64,000 nt of DNA from Longimicrobiales bacterium (GTDB taxonomy: Bacteria > Gemmatimonadota > Gemmatimonadetes > Longimicrobiales > Gaopeijiaceae), in NCBI GenBank assembly GCA_965198065.1, contig CBDAON010000004.1, forward strand, positions 736,001-800,000. Reading direction: 5' to 3'. Position numbers and translations under genes: made by a program. This document shows positions 1 through 9,543 of this stretch, piece by piece; the stretch's first letter is position 1, and the number at the start of each line of letters is the position of its first letter. Below the pieces are notes generated by a model that saw only the letters and a program-made list of their open reading frames with translations, had not been told where the DNA came from and did no database searches.

Positions 1-926
1 TCCGGGGCCCCCCGAATCGACGCGGGGGGAAGACGCGTGTGCCCCGGATAGGTCAGCTCGACCAGGAGATCGGCGAGGAGAGACGGATCCGACGGCGTGA
101 GCGTACGGGTCTCTGTACGGGCTCCGTCCGGGCTCGACGCCCAGTACGAGACGTCGGTCTCGAGCGGCGGGAGCGTGAGCGACGCGACGCTCCGCGACAC
201 GCCGAGCGTACGGGCTTCCTCGACCTCTCCGATCGCCCGCCAGTGGACGGTCACCGAGTCGCGGCCCTCGGCCACGACCTCGACCAGCGGCTCCTCTCCC
301 CGGGGCAGTCGGGCATCTCCGGGACGGAGCTCGAGAGGCGGAAGGGGCGGCCGAGCGAGGAGCTCGCGCGGGTGCGCGATACCGGCCCAGGCGGCGCGGG
401 CACGATCTGGAGCCGCCAGGAAGAGCAGGAAGACGATCCCCAGACCGAGGGCGAGCCCCACGCCCGACGCTCGAACGAACCTCGATGCCCTCCGTCCGGG
501 TTCGCCCACCAGACCCCCCGTCTCCACGCCAATCTGGCCTACAAGCGCGGATTCCCCTGCGCGCGCGAGCGACTCCGAAACCCCGGGGGGGAGCGCCCGG
601 CTGAGCTCCGCCTGCGCCAGCACCGCTCCCTCCGGGAGTCGGGTAGTGCGCTCGATCTCGCTGGCGAGGCTCTCCTCGGCGGTCCAGCGATCCAGGGTCC
701 AGGCCGTCCACGCCCCCAGCCCGAGCAACCCGGCCACGCCCCCCAAGAGGAGGATGAGGGGAAGGGTCGTGCCCGGCCGCCAGCCCTCCGGACCGGCCAG
801 GATCCACGCGAAGACGAGCACCACCTGGGCCAGCGTGCACGAGGCCAGGGCCAGCGTGAGCACCAGCCGGATCCGCAGGTGCCGGCGGACGGCGTCGAGC
901 AGAGCGTGCAGGGACACGGGGGTCAT
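1..926 (-). CDS. Membrane protein, DUF4175-like (partial, runs off window start)
   Basis: Not in ORF track. Manual translation from ATG at 926 (ATGA overlap with the stop of the DUF4159 gene) gives MTPVSLHALLDAVRRHLRIRLVLTLALASCTL... with hydrophobic helices, followed by a beta-rich part (...LVELTYPGHTRLPP). Frame is open to the edge. Family inferred from architecture and position after DUF4159. Confidence 0.65.
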   Translation of the reverse strand, partial: MTPVSLHALLDAVRRHLRIRLVLTLALASCTLAQVVLVFAWILAGPEGWRPGTTLPLILLLGGVAGLLGLGAWTAWTLDRWTAEESLASEIERTTRLPEGAVLAQAELSRALPPGVSESLARAGESALVGQIGVETGGLVGEPGRRASRFVRASGVGLALGLGIVFLLFLAAPDRARAAWAGIAHPRELLARPPLPPLELRPGDARLPRGEEPLVEVVAEGRDSVTVHWRAIGEVEEARTLGVSRSVASLTLPPLETDVSYWASSPDGARTETRTLTPSDPSLLADLLVELTYPGHTRLPPASIRGAP

Positions 927-1624
927 CGCGCGTTCCGGCTGATCGCGTACACGAAGAGGTTCACACCCATGCGAAGGGCCGCCTCACGGACGGACGGCGG
1001 ATCCCCATGAACCTCGGGGTCCTCCCACCCGTCCCCCAGGTCGCTTTCGAAGCTGTAGAACACGACGAGCCGCCCCTCATGAAAGATGCCGTACGCCTGC
1101 GGCGCTTCCCCGTCGTGCTCGTGGACCTTCGGGAGCCCCTCCGGAAGATCGTAGAACACGTGGAAGATCGGGTGATCCGGGGGGAGCTGGACCAGGGGCC
1201 GGTCGGGGAAGAGGAGTGCGACCTCACGCCGAAACGAGTCGTCCAGCCCGTAGTTGTCGTCCGCATGCAGAAACCCCCCGGCCTCGAGGTAGCTCCGGAG
1301 CGCGGCCCGCTCCTCCGACGAGAACGCCACGCTGCCGTGCCCCGTCATATAGAGGAACGGATAGTCCCTCACCGACGGGTCGAGCAGGGTGACCACGGCC
1401 TCGACTTCCGACACTGGGATCCCGGTCCGCTCCCTAATCGCGAAGAGGAGGTTCGGGATCGAGGAGGAGTTCGCGTACCAGTCGCCTCCCCCTCCGTACT
1501 GGAGCCGCGCGATCGTGAGCTCGACCTGCACGCTCGGACCTCGGTCGGAGAGGCCGCTCGCGGAGGCCACCATCCCACCGGTCGCGAACGCCAGGGCGCT
1601 CACGGCAACAGTCAGAGAGGGCAA
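923..1624 (-). CDS. DUF4159 domain protein
   Basis: Motifs IARLQYGGGGDWY, YPFLYMTGHG, GGFLHADDNYG, SDLGDGWED and ALRMGVN. Confidence 0.85.
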   Translation of the reverse strand: MPSLTVAVSALAFATGGMVASASGLSDRGPSVQVELTIARLQYGGGGDWYANSSSIPNLLFAIRERTGIPVSEVEAVVTLLDPSVRDYPFLYMTGHGSVAFSSEERAALRSYLEAGGFLHADDNYGLDDSFRREVALLFPDRPLVQLPPDHPIFHVFYDLPEGLPKVHEHDGEAPQAYGIFHEGRLVVFYSFESDLGDGWEDPEVHGDPPSVREAALRMGVNLFVYAISRNAR

Positions 1625-1633
1625 CGGACGGGT

Positions 1634-2503
1634 CTACTCCGGCTCGGGGAGGCCTCGAGAGAGCTCCAAGAGCCAATCATACGCAACGTTCCTCGGGATT
1701 TCCAGCACGGAAGCGACCTCCCGGGCCGCCCGGCTGGGTGAGAGTCCACGCTCGAGGAGGGATCGGGCCAGCGCCTCCCCTTCTGCCCTAAGGCCGGCCG
1801 CATCGGACAGGCCCACTGCCGCGGGCGCGACGACCACCGTCACCTCGCCCCTGGGGGGCTCGTCCCCGTAGTAGCGAGCCAGCTCCGAGAGGGTTCCGCG
1901 CTGGAACTCCTCGTGGAGCTTGGTGAGCTCCCGAGCGACGGCCGCCCGCCGTTCGGCTCCGCACCGGGCCGCAAGATCCCGAAGGAGGGCGGGCGTCCGC
2001 CCCGGAGCCTCGAAGAGGACGACCGTCTCTCTCGACGATTGGACGCGGTCGAGGAACGTCTTCCGGTCGGAGCCCTTCCTGGGAACGAAGCCGAGGAACG
2101 AAAAGGGGGTGGTGGGAAGGCCCGATCCCACCAGGGCGTGGAGCACTGCGGACGGTCCGGGAATCGGGACGACCGCGTGCCCACCGTCGATCGCCTTTCG
2201 TACGAGGCGCTCTCCCGGATCCGACACGAGGGGTGTGCCGGCATCGGAGACGAGCGCCAGGGCCTTCCCCTCGCGGAGCCGTGAGAGCACCTCCTCTGTT
2301 CTGGCCTCCTCGTTGTGGGCGTAGAGGGAGAGCAGGGGAGTCGTAAGCTCGAAATGGTGGAGCAACTTTCGAGTGCGCCGAGTGTCCTCGGCGAGAATCG
2401 TGTCCACCTCGCCGAGGACCCGGCTCGCCCGCGGGGAGAGGTCCTCCAGATTCCCGACGGGCGTGCTGACCATATAGAGGGTTCCCAACTCCGCGCCCTT
2501 CAC
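1634..2503 (-). CDS. rsmI: 16S rRNA (cytidine1402-2'-O)-methyltransferase
   Basis: GTLYMVSTPVGNLEDLS, AEDTRRT, VSDAGTPLVSDPG, ARELTKLHEE. Start estimated at GTG 2503. Confidence 0.95.
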   Translation of the reverse strand: MKGAELGTLYMVSTPVGNLEDLSPRASRVLGEVDTILAEDTRRTRKLLHHFELTTPLLSLYAHNEEARTEEVLSRLREGKALALVSDAGTPLVSDPGERLVRKAIDGGHAVVPIPGPSAVLHALVGSGLPTTPFSFLGFVPRKGSDRKTFLDRVQSSRETVVLFEAPGRTPALLRDLAARCGAERRAAVARELTKLHEEFQRGTLSELARYYGDEPPRGEVTVVVAPAAVGLSDAAGLRAEGEALARSLLERGLSPSRAAREVASVLEIPRNVAYDWLLELSRGLPEPE

Positions 2504-2522
2504 TAGCCCGGAGCGGGCAGCG

Positions 2523-2858
2523 TCACAAGTGCTCCAAGAGCTTCTTCTCGAGGTACGGCTTCGGGACCGCACCTACGACGGTGTCCACATGCTCCCCGTT
2601 CTTGAAGAAGAGAATGGAGGGGATGGAACGGATTCCGAACCGGCTCGCCGTGCCCGGATTCTGATCCACGTCCACCTTCGCGACCACAACAGCGTGGTCC
2701 GCGTACTCCTGGGCCAGCTCCTCCACGAAGGGCCCCACGATCCGGCAGGGACCGCACCAGGCGGCCCAAAAATCAACGATCGCCACGCCGCTGGAGCCCT
2801 CGATCGTCGTCGTGAACGTATCGTCCGTTACCGTCAGGGTGCTCCCGCTCTGTGCCAT
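2523..2858 (-). CDS. trxA: Thioredoxin
   Basis: DFWAAWCGPC active site; GIRSIP cis-Pro motif; 111 aa. Confidence 0.95.
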   Translation of the reverse strand: MAQSGSTLTVTDDTFTTTIEGSSGVAIVDFWAAWCGPCRIVGPFVEELAQEYADHAVVVAKVDVDQNPGTASRFGIRSIPSILFFKNGEHVDTVVGAVPKPYLEKKLLEHL

Positions 2859-2950
2859 GCTACCGCTCTCCTCGCTCTACATGATTCCCGGCTCTACCCG
2901 GCGGTGTGAAAGGAACTCCTGAGCTCGCCCCAGAGTTCCCGGAACGCTCC

Positions 2951-3457
2951 TCAGGCTGTGATCCGATCGAGCCCGACGCTCTCGACGAGCCACCGGCCGT
3001 CAGGGGTCTGCACGACCTCGAAGGGGACGTCCGCGTACCGGCTCGCGCCCCGGACCAGGTCCACCCCGATTCGCGTCGTCCGATTCGAGCGGCCCGGGAC
3101 GGGCGCCTCGGACCGCACGCGGTAATCGTCGTGGAGAAGGACCTCCGCGATGAGGCTCATTCGGATCTCGATCTCCGCCCGTGAGACGCACGGCCGCCCC
3201 CCACCGAACCAGGACCCGAGGCGCCGGAAGGGGCAGGACAGGAAGTTGCCCGTCTCGTCCGCGATCGGACCGTCGGCCGTGCCGAAGATGCGGGCCATGG
3301 CCTCCAGGTCGCCCGTGTTAGCCGCCTGGAGGAAGCGCTCGACCGAGAGTGTGGGCTGAACTCCCGCCATGCGGTCCAGCGCCGGCAGGGCGGTCTGGAC
3401 GCAGGCGGAGAGAGCGACCCCAAAGACTAGCGACGAAGCGAGAACCCGCACGGTCAT
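2951..3457 (-). CDS. Hypothetical lipoprotein
   Basis: MTVRVLASSLVFGVALSAC signal peptide with lipobox. The SVERFLQAAN...GRWLVESVGL pattern suggests a small alpha/beta fold. Start estimated. Confidence 0.65.
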   Translation of the reverse strand: MTVRVLASSLVFGVALSACVQTALPALDRMAGVQPTLSVERFLQAANTGDLEAMARIFGTADGPIADETGNFLSCPFRRLGSWFGGGRPCVSRAEIEIRMSLIAEVLLHDDYRVRSEAPVPGRSNRTTRIGVDLVRGASRYADVPFEVVQTPDGRWLVESVGLDRITA

Positions 3458-3564
3458 TCGGACCTCTGGGAAGCCGTCCACGCGAGCGATGAAGCGTCCA
3501 GCCCTCCAGAGGCGCCTCCGACCCGCCCGCACGCCCGGAAGTTTCGAGCCGCTTCCTCGACGCG

Positions 3565-5779
3565 TCAACCCACGGGCGCCGCGGAAAGCACCTGGAGCTC
3601 GAAGGGCCCCTCTCCATCCGCCGCGGGAGCTCCGACGACCCGCACGCGCGCCCCCTCACCGACGTCCTCCTCGAGCAGCCGGAGGGCCAGCGGGTTCTGG
3701 ATACGCTGCTGAATCACGCGCTTAAGGGGACGTGCCCCGAACATGGGGTCGTAGCCCTCCTCGGCGAGCGCGATCTTCACGTCGTCCTCCACCTCGAGCA
3801 CGACGCCGAGCTCCTCGGCAAGGCGGCGGACCCGCTCGAGCTGGAGGTTCACGATCTGACGGAGGTCGTCCCGGTCCAACGGGCGGAAGACCACCACGTC
3901 GTCCACCCGGTTCAGGAACTCGGGCCGGAAGTGCCGGCGCATCTCGCCCATCACCCGTTCCTCTACCTCCGACCACTCGGCCCGGGGACCCTGCTCCAGG
4001 ATGTACTGGCTCCCTATGTTCGAGGTCATGATGACAACGACGTTCCGGAAGTCGACCGTCCGTCCCTGGGAATCCGTGAGCCGGCCGTCGTCCAGGATCT
4101 GGAGGAGGAGGTTGAACACCTCCGGGTACGCCTTCTCGATCTCGTCGAAGAGCACCACGGAGTGCGGCCTCCGCCTCACCGCCTCGGTGAGCTGTCCCCC
4201 CTCCTCGTATCCGATGTAGCCGGGCGGGGCACCGATGAGCCGCGCCACCGCGTGCTTTTCCATGTACTCGGACATGTCGATCCTGACCATCGCGCGCTCG
4301 TCGTCGAACAGGAACTCGGAGAGCGCCCTCGCGGTCTCCGTCTTCCCCACTCCTGTGGGCCCGAGAAAGATGAACGACCCGACGGGGCGCGCCGGATCCT
4401 GGAGGCCGGCCCGCGCCCTCCGCACCGCGTTCGCCACGGCAGCCAGCGCCTCGGCCTGGCCCACGACGCGCTCCCCCAAGAGCCCCTCCAGGTGCGTGAG
4501 CCGCTGGCGCTCAGACTCCATCAGGCGCGAGACCGGAATGCCTGTCCACTCCGCCACCACCTCCGCAATGTCGTCCGCCGAGACCTCCTCTCTCAGGAAC
4601 TTCCCGTCGGCCTGGAGCTCCTCCAGACGCGCTTCGGACTGGGCGACCTCCGACTGCGCGCGGGGGATCTGCAGCGGACGTAACCATTACGGTGTCCTGA
4701 ATGGCGACCTCCGACTGCGCGCGGGGGATCTCCCCGTACTGGAGCTGCGCGGCTCGCTCGAGATCGCCCACCCGTGTGGCCCGCTCGGCCTCCGACTTAA
4801 GCTCGTCGATCCGTTCCTTCGAGGCCTGGATGCGGGAGATGACGTCCTTCTCGGCCTGCCACTTCGCCTTCATGCCCGAGCTCTTCTCGCGCAGCCCGGC
4901 GAGCTCCTCCTCGATGGCCTCCCGGCGCTCCAGTGCGGAGCGGTCCTCCTCTCGGGCGAGCGCCTGGCGCTCGATCTCGAGCTGTGTGATCCGGCGCTCG
5001 AACTCGTCGATCTCCTCCGGAAGCGATTCGATCTCGATCCGGAGCCGGCTCGCCGCCTCGTCCATGAGGTCGATCGCCTTGTCCGGGAGGAAGCGTCCCC
5101 CGATATAGCGGTCGGACAGCTTGGCCGCCGCGATGAGCGCCTCGTCCCGGATCCGCACCCCGTGGTGAACCTCGTAGCGCTCCTTGAGCCCGCGGAGGAT
5201 CGCGATCGCGTCCTCTACGGAGGAAGGAGCCACGAAGACCGGCTGAAATCGGCGCTCGAGGGCGGGGTCCTTCTCGACGTGCTTCCGGTACTCGTCGAGG
5301 GTGGTGGCGCCCACGAGGCGCAGCTCGCCCCGGGCCAGCATCGGCTTCAGCATGTTCCCGGCATCCACCGCGCCCTCGGCAGCCCCCGCGCCCACGATCG
5401 TGTGCATCTCGTCAATGAATACGACGAAACGACCCTCGGACTCGGTGATCTCCTTCAGGACCGCCTTCATGCGGTCCTCGAACTCGCCCCGGTATTTGGC
5501 TCCCGCCAGCATAGCGGAGATGTCGAGCTGGACGAGCCGCTTGTCCACGAGAGACGTCGGGATGTCGCGGGCCAGCGCGTCGGCGACCCTCCCCTGGAGG
5601 AGCGAGACCCGGAGCCCCGCCTTCTCCAGCACCGGGCCGACGATCCCTCCCTCCTGCTCGAGCAGGGCCTGGAGAAGATGCGCCCCCGACACCTCGGGGT
5701 GTCCGGCGTCCCCCGCGGACCGCGACGCGGCCTCGAGGGCTTGTCCCGCCTTGACGGTTAGACGATCGAGTGCAGCCAT
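3565..5779 (-). pseudogene. clpB: ClpB disaggregase, disrupted (61-bp insertion frameshift plus in-frame deletion in NTD/NBD1)
   Basis: Split into ORFs 4511-5779 ([35 protein letters not shown], coiled-coil M domain) and 3565-4560 ([26 protein letters not shown]). Removing 61 bp from the 4642-4731 repeat restores [46 protein letters not shown]. The NBD1 Walker A is absent. Confidence 0.9.
4642..4731. repeat. Perfect 29-bp direct repeat flanking a 32-bp insert (repeat-spacer-repeat)
   Basis: GGCGACCTCCGACTGCGCGCGGGGGATCT at 4642-4670 and 4703-4731. Insert GCAGCGGACGTAACCATTACGGTGTCCTGAAT at 4671-4702. Confidence 0.95.
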
Positions 5780-5930
5780 CGGCGTGGGCGGCTCCTAATC
5801 GTGTGTTGCTATGCTGTGTTGCTCTCGCGTGTGTCTGGCGTGCTCCAGGCATTCAGGCACGGTGAACCCCGCTGGCCTGTCAATCCGGCAGGATCGCCAC
5901 GCCGAACCCACGGTCGTCCCAGATAGAAAC

Positions 5931-5945
5931 ACAAGAACCGTACCA
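5931..5945 (-). promoter_or_regulatory. Possible sigma54 (-24/-12) promoter of clpB
   Basis: Minus strand TGGTACG-GTTC-TTGT versus consensus TGGCACG-N4-TTGC (2 mismatches, one at the conserved -12 C), ~150 bp upstream of the clpB ATG. Confidence 0.35.
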
Positions 5946-5971
5946 GCCCCGCCGAGCCCCTCATCGAACGT

Positions 5972-7363
5972 TCACCTGCCGACAGTGACCCGCTTCAGCA
6001 GGGTACCCGCCGGAATCGTGTCGCCCGGCCGGAGCTGGTTGATCGTCTCCACCTGCTCGACCGGGATGGTGGAAGGGTAGCGCTCGTGGAACTCCTCGAG
6101 CGTCATGGCCTCGGGGGTCCGGACGAGCGTGATCCGGTCGGGCTGAATGTCCAGGATGGCCCGAACCGTGATGGGGCGAAACGACCCGAGCGCGGCGCGA
6201 AGGGCGGCCGCCCGGACCGTCCACCGCGCTCGCACTGCGAGCCCGAGGATCCGGTAGATCCGGCCTCGGTGCGCGAGGAAGACGGCCGTGCCATCCAGCG
6301 TTCCCTCCTCGGTCTGCGCGGAGAACTCGGTCCACGCAGCCGTGAGCCCGTTCACGGGCGTATCCCGGGAGCTGAGCCCGGTCACGCCGCCCCCGGCGAG
6401 GAAGCGCTCCCGGGCTTCCCGGGGGGAGGCGGCCTCCACGATCGCGAGCGCCAGGATCGCGTCCCTTTCGGGGCTCGCGGCCTGAACCGCGGAGGCCTCG
6501 TTCGTCCCGCCCCATCCCTCGGGGAAGTCCACCTGGAAGGCGAGCTCCGGGTGGATGAACGAGGCGCCCTCGAAGTATCCGTTCCGGGGGTTCGGGCCGA
6601 ACGGCATCCCCTCGAGGCGGCGGAGATAGCTCTCGCGCTCCACCGTCCCGCCCGGCTCGAAGGCCTCGGCCTGCTCGAGGATCCGGTCCCGTCTGGAGAG
6701 GGGGTCCGGGTGAGTGGACAGGAACCCAGGGAGCCGATCTCCGTCGCAGGCGCCGGAAGCCGCAGCGAGCATCTCGAAGGTGGCCGCCATTGCCCGGGAC
6801 TCGTACCCGAGCGCCGTCATGTACCTAAGACCCAGGTCGTCGGCCTGGCGCTCAGCGTCGCGGCCGTAGGAGAGGAAGAGGATCTGGAGCCCCGCCCCCG
6901 CGAGGTCCGCGTAGGGGGCCAGGTCGGGAGCCAGGATCGATCCCACGCCCAGCCCGATCTGGGCGAGCTGCGCCCGGCTCATCTGGGCGGCGCCGTGCCG
7001 CGCCGTGACGTGTCCGATCTCGTGGCCCACCACGCCCGCAAGCTCCGCCTCGGAGGAGAAGTGGGTGAGGATCCCGCGGGTCACGTAAACGAATCCGCCG
7101 GGAAGCGCGAACGCGTTCACGACGGGGTCGTCCACGACCCGGAAGGTCCACGGGAGGCCGGGACGCTCGGAGGCCCGGGCCATCCGGTTCCCCAGGTCCT
7201 GCACGTATTCCTGAAGCGCTGGGTCGTCCACGAGCCCCAGCGCGGGGACAATGTCCTCGTCCGCCTCCCGCCCCATCTGGATTTCCTGCGATTCGCTGAC
7301 GAGGATGAGCTGGCGGGAGCCCGTAGCCGGGTTCACCGCGCACCCGGTCGCCACCCCGATCAC
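5972..7363 (-). CDS. M48 family zinc metalloprotease lipoprotein (BepA/YfgC-like) with a LysM-like C-terminal region
   Basis: GCAVNPATG lipoprotein start, VNAFALPGG, HEIGH zinc motif, YGRDAERQAD, FLSTHP. True start uncertain (roughly 7360-7440). Confidence 0.88.
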   Translation of the reverse strand: MIGVATGCAVNPATGSRQLILVSESQEIQMGREADEDIVPALGLVDDPALQEYVQDLGNRMARASERPGLPWTFRVVDDPVVNAFALPGGFVYVTRGILTHFSSEAELAGVVGHEIGHVTARHGAAQMSRAQLAQIGLGVGSILAPDLAPYADLAGAGLQILFLSYGRDAERQADDLGLRYMTALGYESRAMAATFEMLAAASGACDGDRLPGFLSTHPDPLSRRDRILEQAEAFEPGGTVERESYLRRLEGMPFGPNPRNGYFEGASFIHPELAFQVDFPEGWGGTNEASAVQAASPERDAILALAIVEAASPREARERFLAGGGVTGLSSRDTPVNGLTAAWTEFSAQTEEGTLDGTAVFLAHRGRIYRILGLAVRARWTVRAAALRAALGSFRPITVRAILDIQPDRITLVRTPEAMTLEEFHERYPSTIPVEQVETINQLRPGDTIPAGTLLKRVTVGR

Positions 7364-7472
7364 AAAGCCACACGCGAGGGCGCGGGAGCCGAGCCCGCGG
7401 ACGCGAGCGATACCGAGCCGGGGCGCGGGGGCGGGGTTGACCCTCCCTGGCGGTGCCGGCAGCTTCTGCCCG

Positions 7473-7877
7473 ATGCGCCCGACCCCTTCTGGACGCCTTC
7501 GTCTCGCCGGTGCGCGCGCCCGAACGCGCGGCATCGCGCCCTGGGCGCTCCTCCTCTCCCTGGCGCTCCTGCCCCTCGGGGGCTGCACGGACCCGATGCC
7601 GCCGGCGACCCCGGGCGAGGCGATCCCTCGGGAGCTCTTCATCGACTCGTACGTGGACCTCAGAGTCGAGGCGCTCCAGCGGCCCTCCGGCGTGCTGACG
7701 GCGGAGGAGAGCGAGCCGGTGCTCCGGAGACACGGGGTGACCGACCAGGACCTGAGGACCTTCATCGAGGTGCACGCTCGGGACATGCCCTACATGAGCG
7801 AGTTATGGTTCGAGATCGAGCGCCGTATTCGAGAGCGGATCGGGAGCAGCATCGTGACGCCTGAGCTGGCTCCATAG
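7473..7877 (+). CDS. Hypothetical lipoprotein
   Basis: WALLLSLALLPLGGC lipobox followed by a helical domain (ELFIDSYVDLR...VLRRHGVTDQDLRTFIEVH). Divergent from the M48 gene. Start estimated. Confidence 0.65.
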   Translation: MRPTPSGRLRLAGARARTRGIAPWALLLSLALLPLGGCTDPMPPATPGEAIPRELFIDSYVDLRVEALQRPSGVLTAEESEPVLRRHGVTDQDLRTFIEVHARDMPYMSELWFEIERRIRERIGSSIVTPELAP

Positions 7878-7907
7878 GCGATCCCCGACCGACCTAGTTG
7901 CGGACCA

Positions 7908-8513
7908 CTAGAGCACCAGGAAGGTGAACCCGATCGAAAGGGCCTTGCGCTCCCCCACGCTCCCGGCGATGCGAACGGCCCATCCCGGATCGAACGAGAG
8001 ATCGAGGCCCAGGTCCACTGCAAGACCGAGGGCCAGGTCCTCCGCCTCGGGGTCATCACTCCCCATCAGTGCGTCCAGGATCACGCGCGGGGTGGCGTAC
8101 GGGTTCACCCGCACGCCCTCTCCCTCCATCTCGCGGCCGACCGAGAGGCCGAGCGGTACGCTCAGGAGCACGGAGTCGCCGACACCGAACCCCGCTCCCG
8201 TCACCCACTGGACGTCCACCGGTAGATCGTCCGTCGCTGCGATGAGCCCGCCCGACACATCGACGCCCCCGAACACAGCGACCTCCTCGACCCGATCCTC
8301 GGCCAGCCCGATGCGGAAGCCGAACGGCCCACCACTCCGCCACGTGCTCATGATCCCGATCCCATTCCCGGGAGTGGGGTCGGTCAGATAAACGCCCCAG
8401 CCGAGGGGCGTGGACGGCGAGACCATGAGGGGGCCCTCCCAGGGAACCTGCCCCGAAAGCGGGACCGCCCAGAGAGCCAGACCCAGCGTTACCGGCAGGA
8501 ACGCGTGTCGCAT
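7908..8513 (-). CDS. Hypothetical exported protein, probable small outer-membrane beta-barrel
   Basis: Signal peptide MRHAFLPVTLGLALWAVPLSGQ; alternating hydrophobic strands; C-terminal ALSIGFTFLVL. Confidence 0.6.
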   Translation of the reverse strand: MRHAFLPVTLGLALWAVPLSGQVPWEGPLMVSPSTPLGWGVYLTDPTPGNGIGIMSTWRSGGPFGFRIGLAEDRVEEVAVFGGVDVSGGLIAATDDLPVDVQWVTGAGFGVGDSVLLSVPLGLSVGREMEGEGVRVNPYATPRVILDALMGSDDPEAEDLALGLAVDLGLDLSFDPGWAVRIAGSVGERKALSIGFTFLVL

Positions 8514-8652
8514 TCTCGGGCCACTCCTTGACTGGGCCACGCACGGAAGGACGCCGCCACCCGCCCCCTGACGGGCCGAGGGAGCACGATGCGGTAAAGT
8601 TGCACGAAGGGCCGCGCGGGGAGAAGGGGACGCCGAGCCCCGGTTGCAAAGC

Positions 8653-9543
8653 TCAAGCCCTCCCGGCCGGGTCTCCTGCGTGGCGGGGGGGCGATTTCAA
8701 GCGTCCCACCCACCATATCCGGAGGAGGGTGGCGCCAAGGATCACGGCGCCACCCACCGCTCCCCAGACTGAAGGCCGCTCTCCGTGAACGAGCCACGCC
8801 CAGACCGGGTTCAGCGCCGGCTCCAGGAGGAGGAGGAGGCTCGCCTCGAGCGCGCCGACGCTCTGGAACGCACTGGATAGAAGAACGTACGCGAGCCCGA
8901 TCTGCACGGCACCGAGGTAGAGGATCACGAGCCAGTCCGTGCCGCTCGCGTTCTCGATGGGGAGGGCCACGGGAAGGCACGCCACAAAAGCGATCGCGTT
9001 CCCCATTGCGACGGCCGCCAGCGTAGCGTCGGAGCCCCCGGGCTCCCGACCGAGCCAGCGGAGCCCGGTGACCGTGAGCGCCCACGAGACCCCGCTCAGG
9101 ACCCCGAGCACGTTCCCACGGACTGGGTCGGGCGCCGTCGCGACGGGCACCTCGCTCCCCACGAAGAAGGCGGCGAGCCCGAGGCCCACGGCTGCCATGA
9201 ACGGGAGATCCGAGCGCCGGATCGGCTCTCGGAGCACGAACGGTCCCAGAAGGAGCAGGTAGAGCGGAGCCGTGGACTGGAGGAAGATCGCGTTCGCCGA
9301 CGTCGTGAGGCGGTTCGCCAAGACGAAGAGCACCAGAGTGGACGCATAGGCCACCGCCACGGGGACCAGACGCCACCGCCATCCGCGGCGAGCCGCGGGA
9401 AGGATCAGGAGGAGGGTGACGGCTGCCACCCCGGACCGGAGCCCGGCGATCGGCCAGCCTCCGAGGGAGGCGGCCTTGATGGCGGCGCCCCCGGTCGAGA
9501 ACAACGCCGCCGCCGCGAGGATCTGGAGGCGGCCTACTCCCAC
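8653..9543 (-). CDS. EamA/DMT family transporter
   Basis: About 10 TM helices; [35 protein letters not shown] motifs. Confidence 0.88.
   Translation of the reverse strand: MGVGRLQILAAAALFSTGGAAIKAASLGGWPIAGLRSGVAAVTLLLILPAARRGWRWRLVPVAVAYASTLVLFVLANRLTTSANAIFLQSTAPLYLLLLGPFVLREPIRRSDLPFMAAVGLGLAAFFVGSEVPVATAPDPVRGNVLGVLSGVSWALTVTGLRWLGREPGGSDATLAAVAMGNAIAFVACLPVALPIENASGTDWLVILYLGAVQIGLAYVLLSSAFQSVGALEASLLLLLEPALNPVWAWLVHGERPSVWGAVGGAVILGATLLRIWWVGRLKSPPRHAGDPAGRA

Noticed and set aside
4642..4731. Calling the clpB repeat a canonical functional CRISPR array
   Set aside because: Only two repeats, the repeat is native clpB coding sequence with an incomplete palindrome, there is no AT-rich leader and no cas genes in the window. 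Kept only as a candidate ectopic integration.
4642..4731. IS/MITE footprint or programmed frameshift explanation for the clpB break
   Set aside because: 29 bp is much longer than typical IS target duplications, the insert has no terminal inverted repeats (only a 5-bp internal stem CGTAA/TTACG), and no slippery sequence is present. A prophage att scar cannot be excluded.
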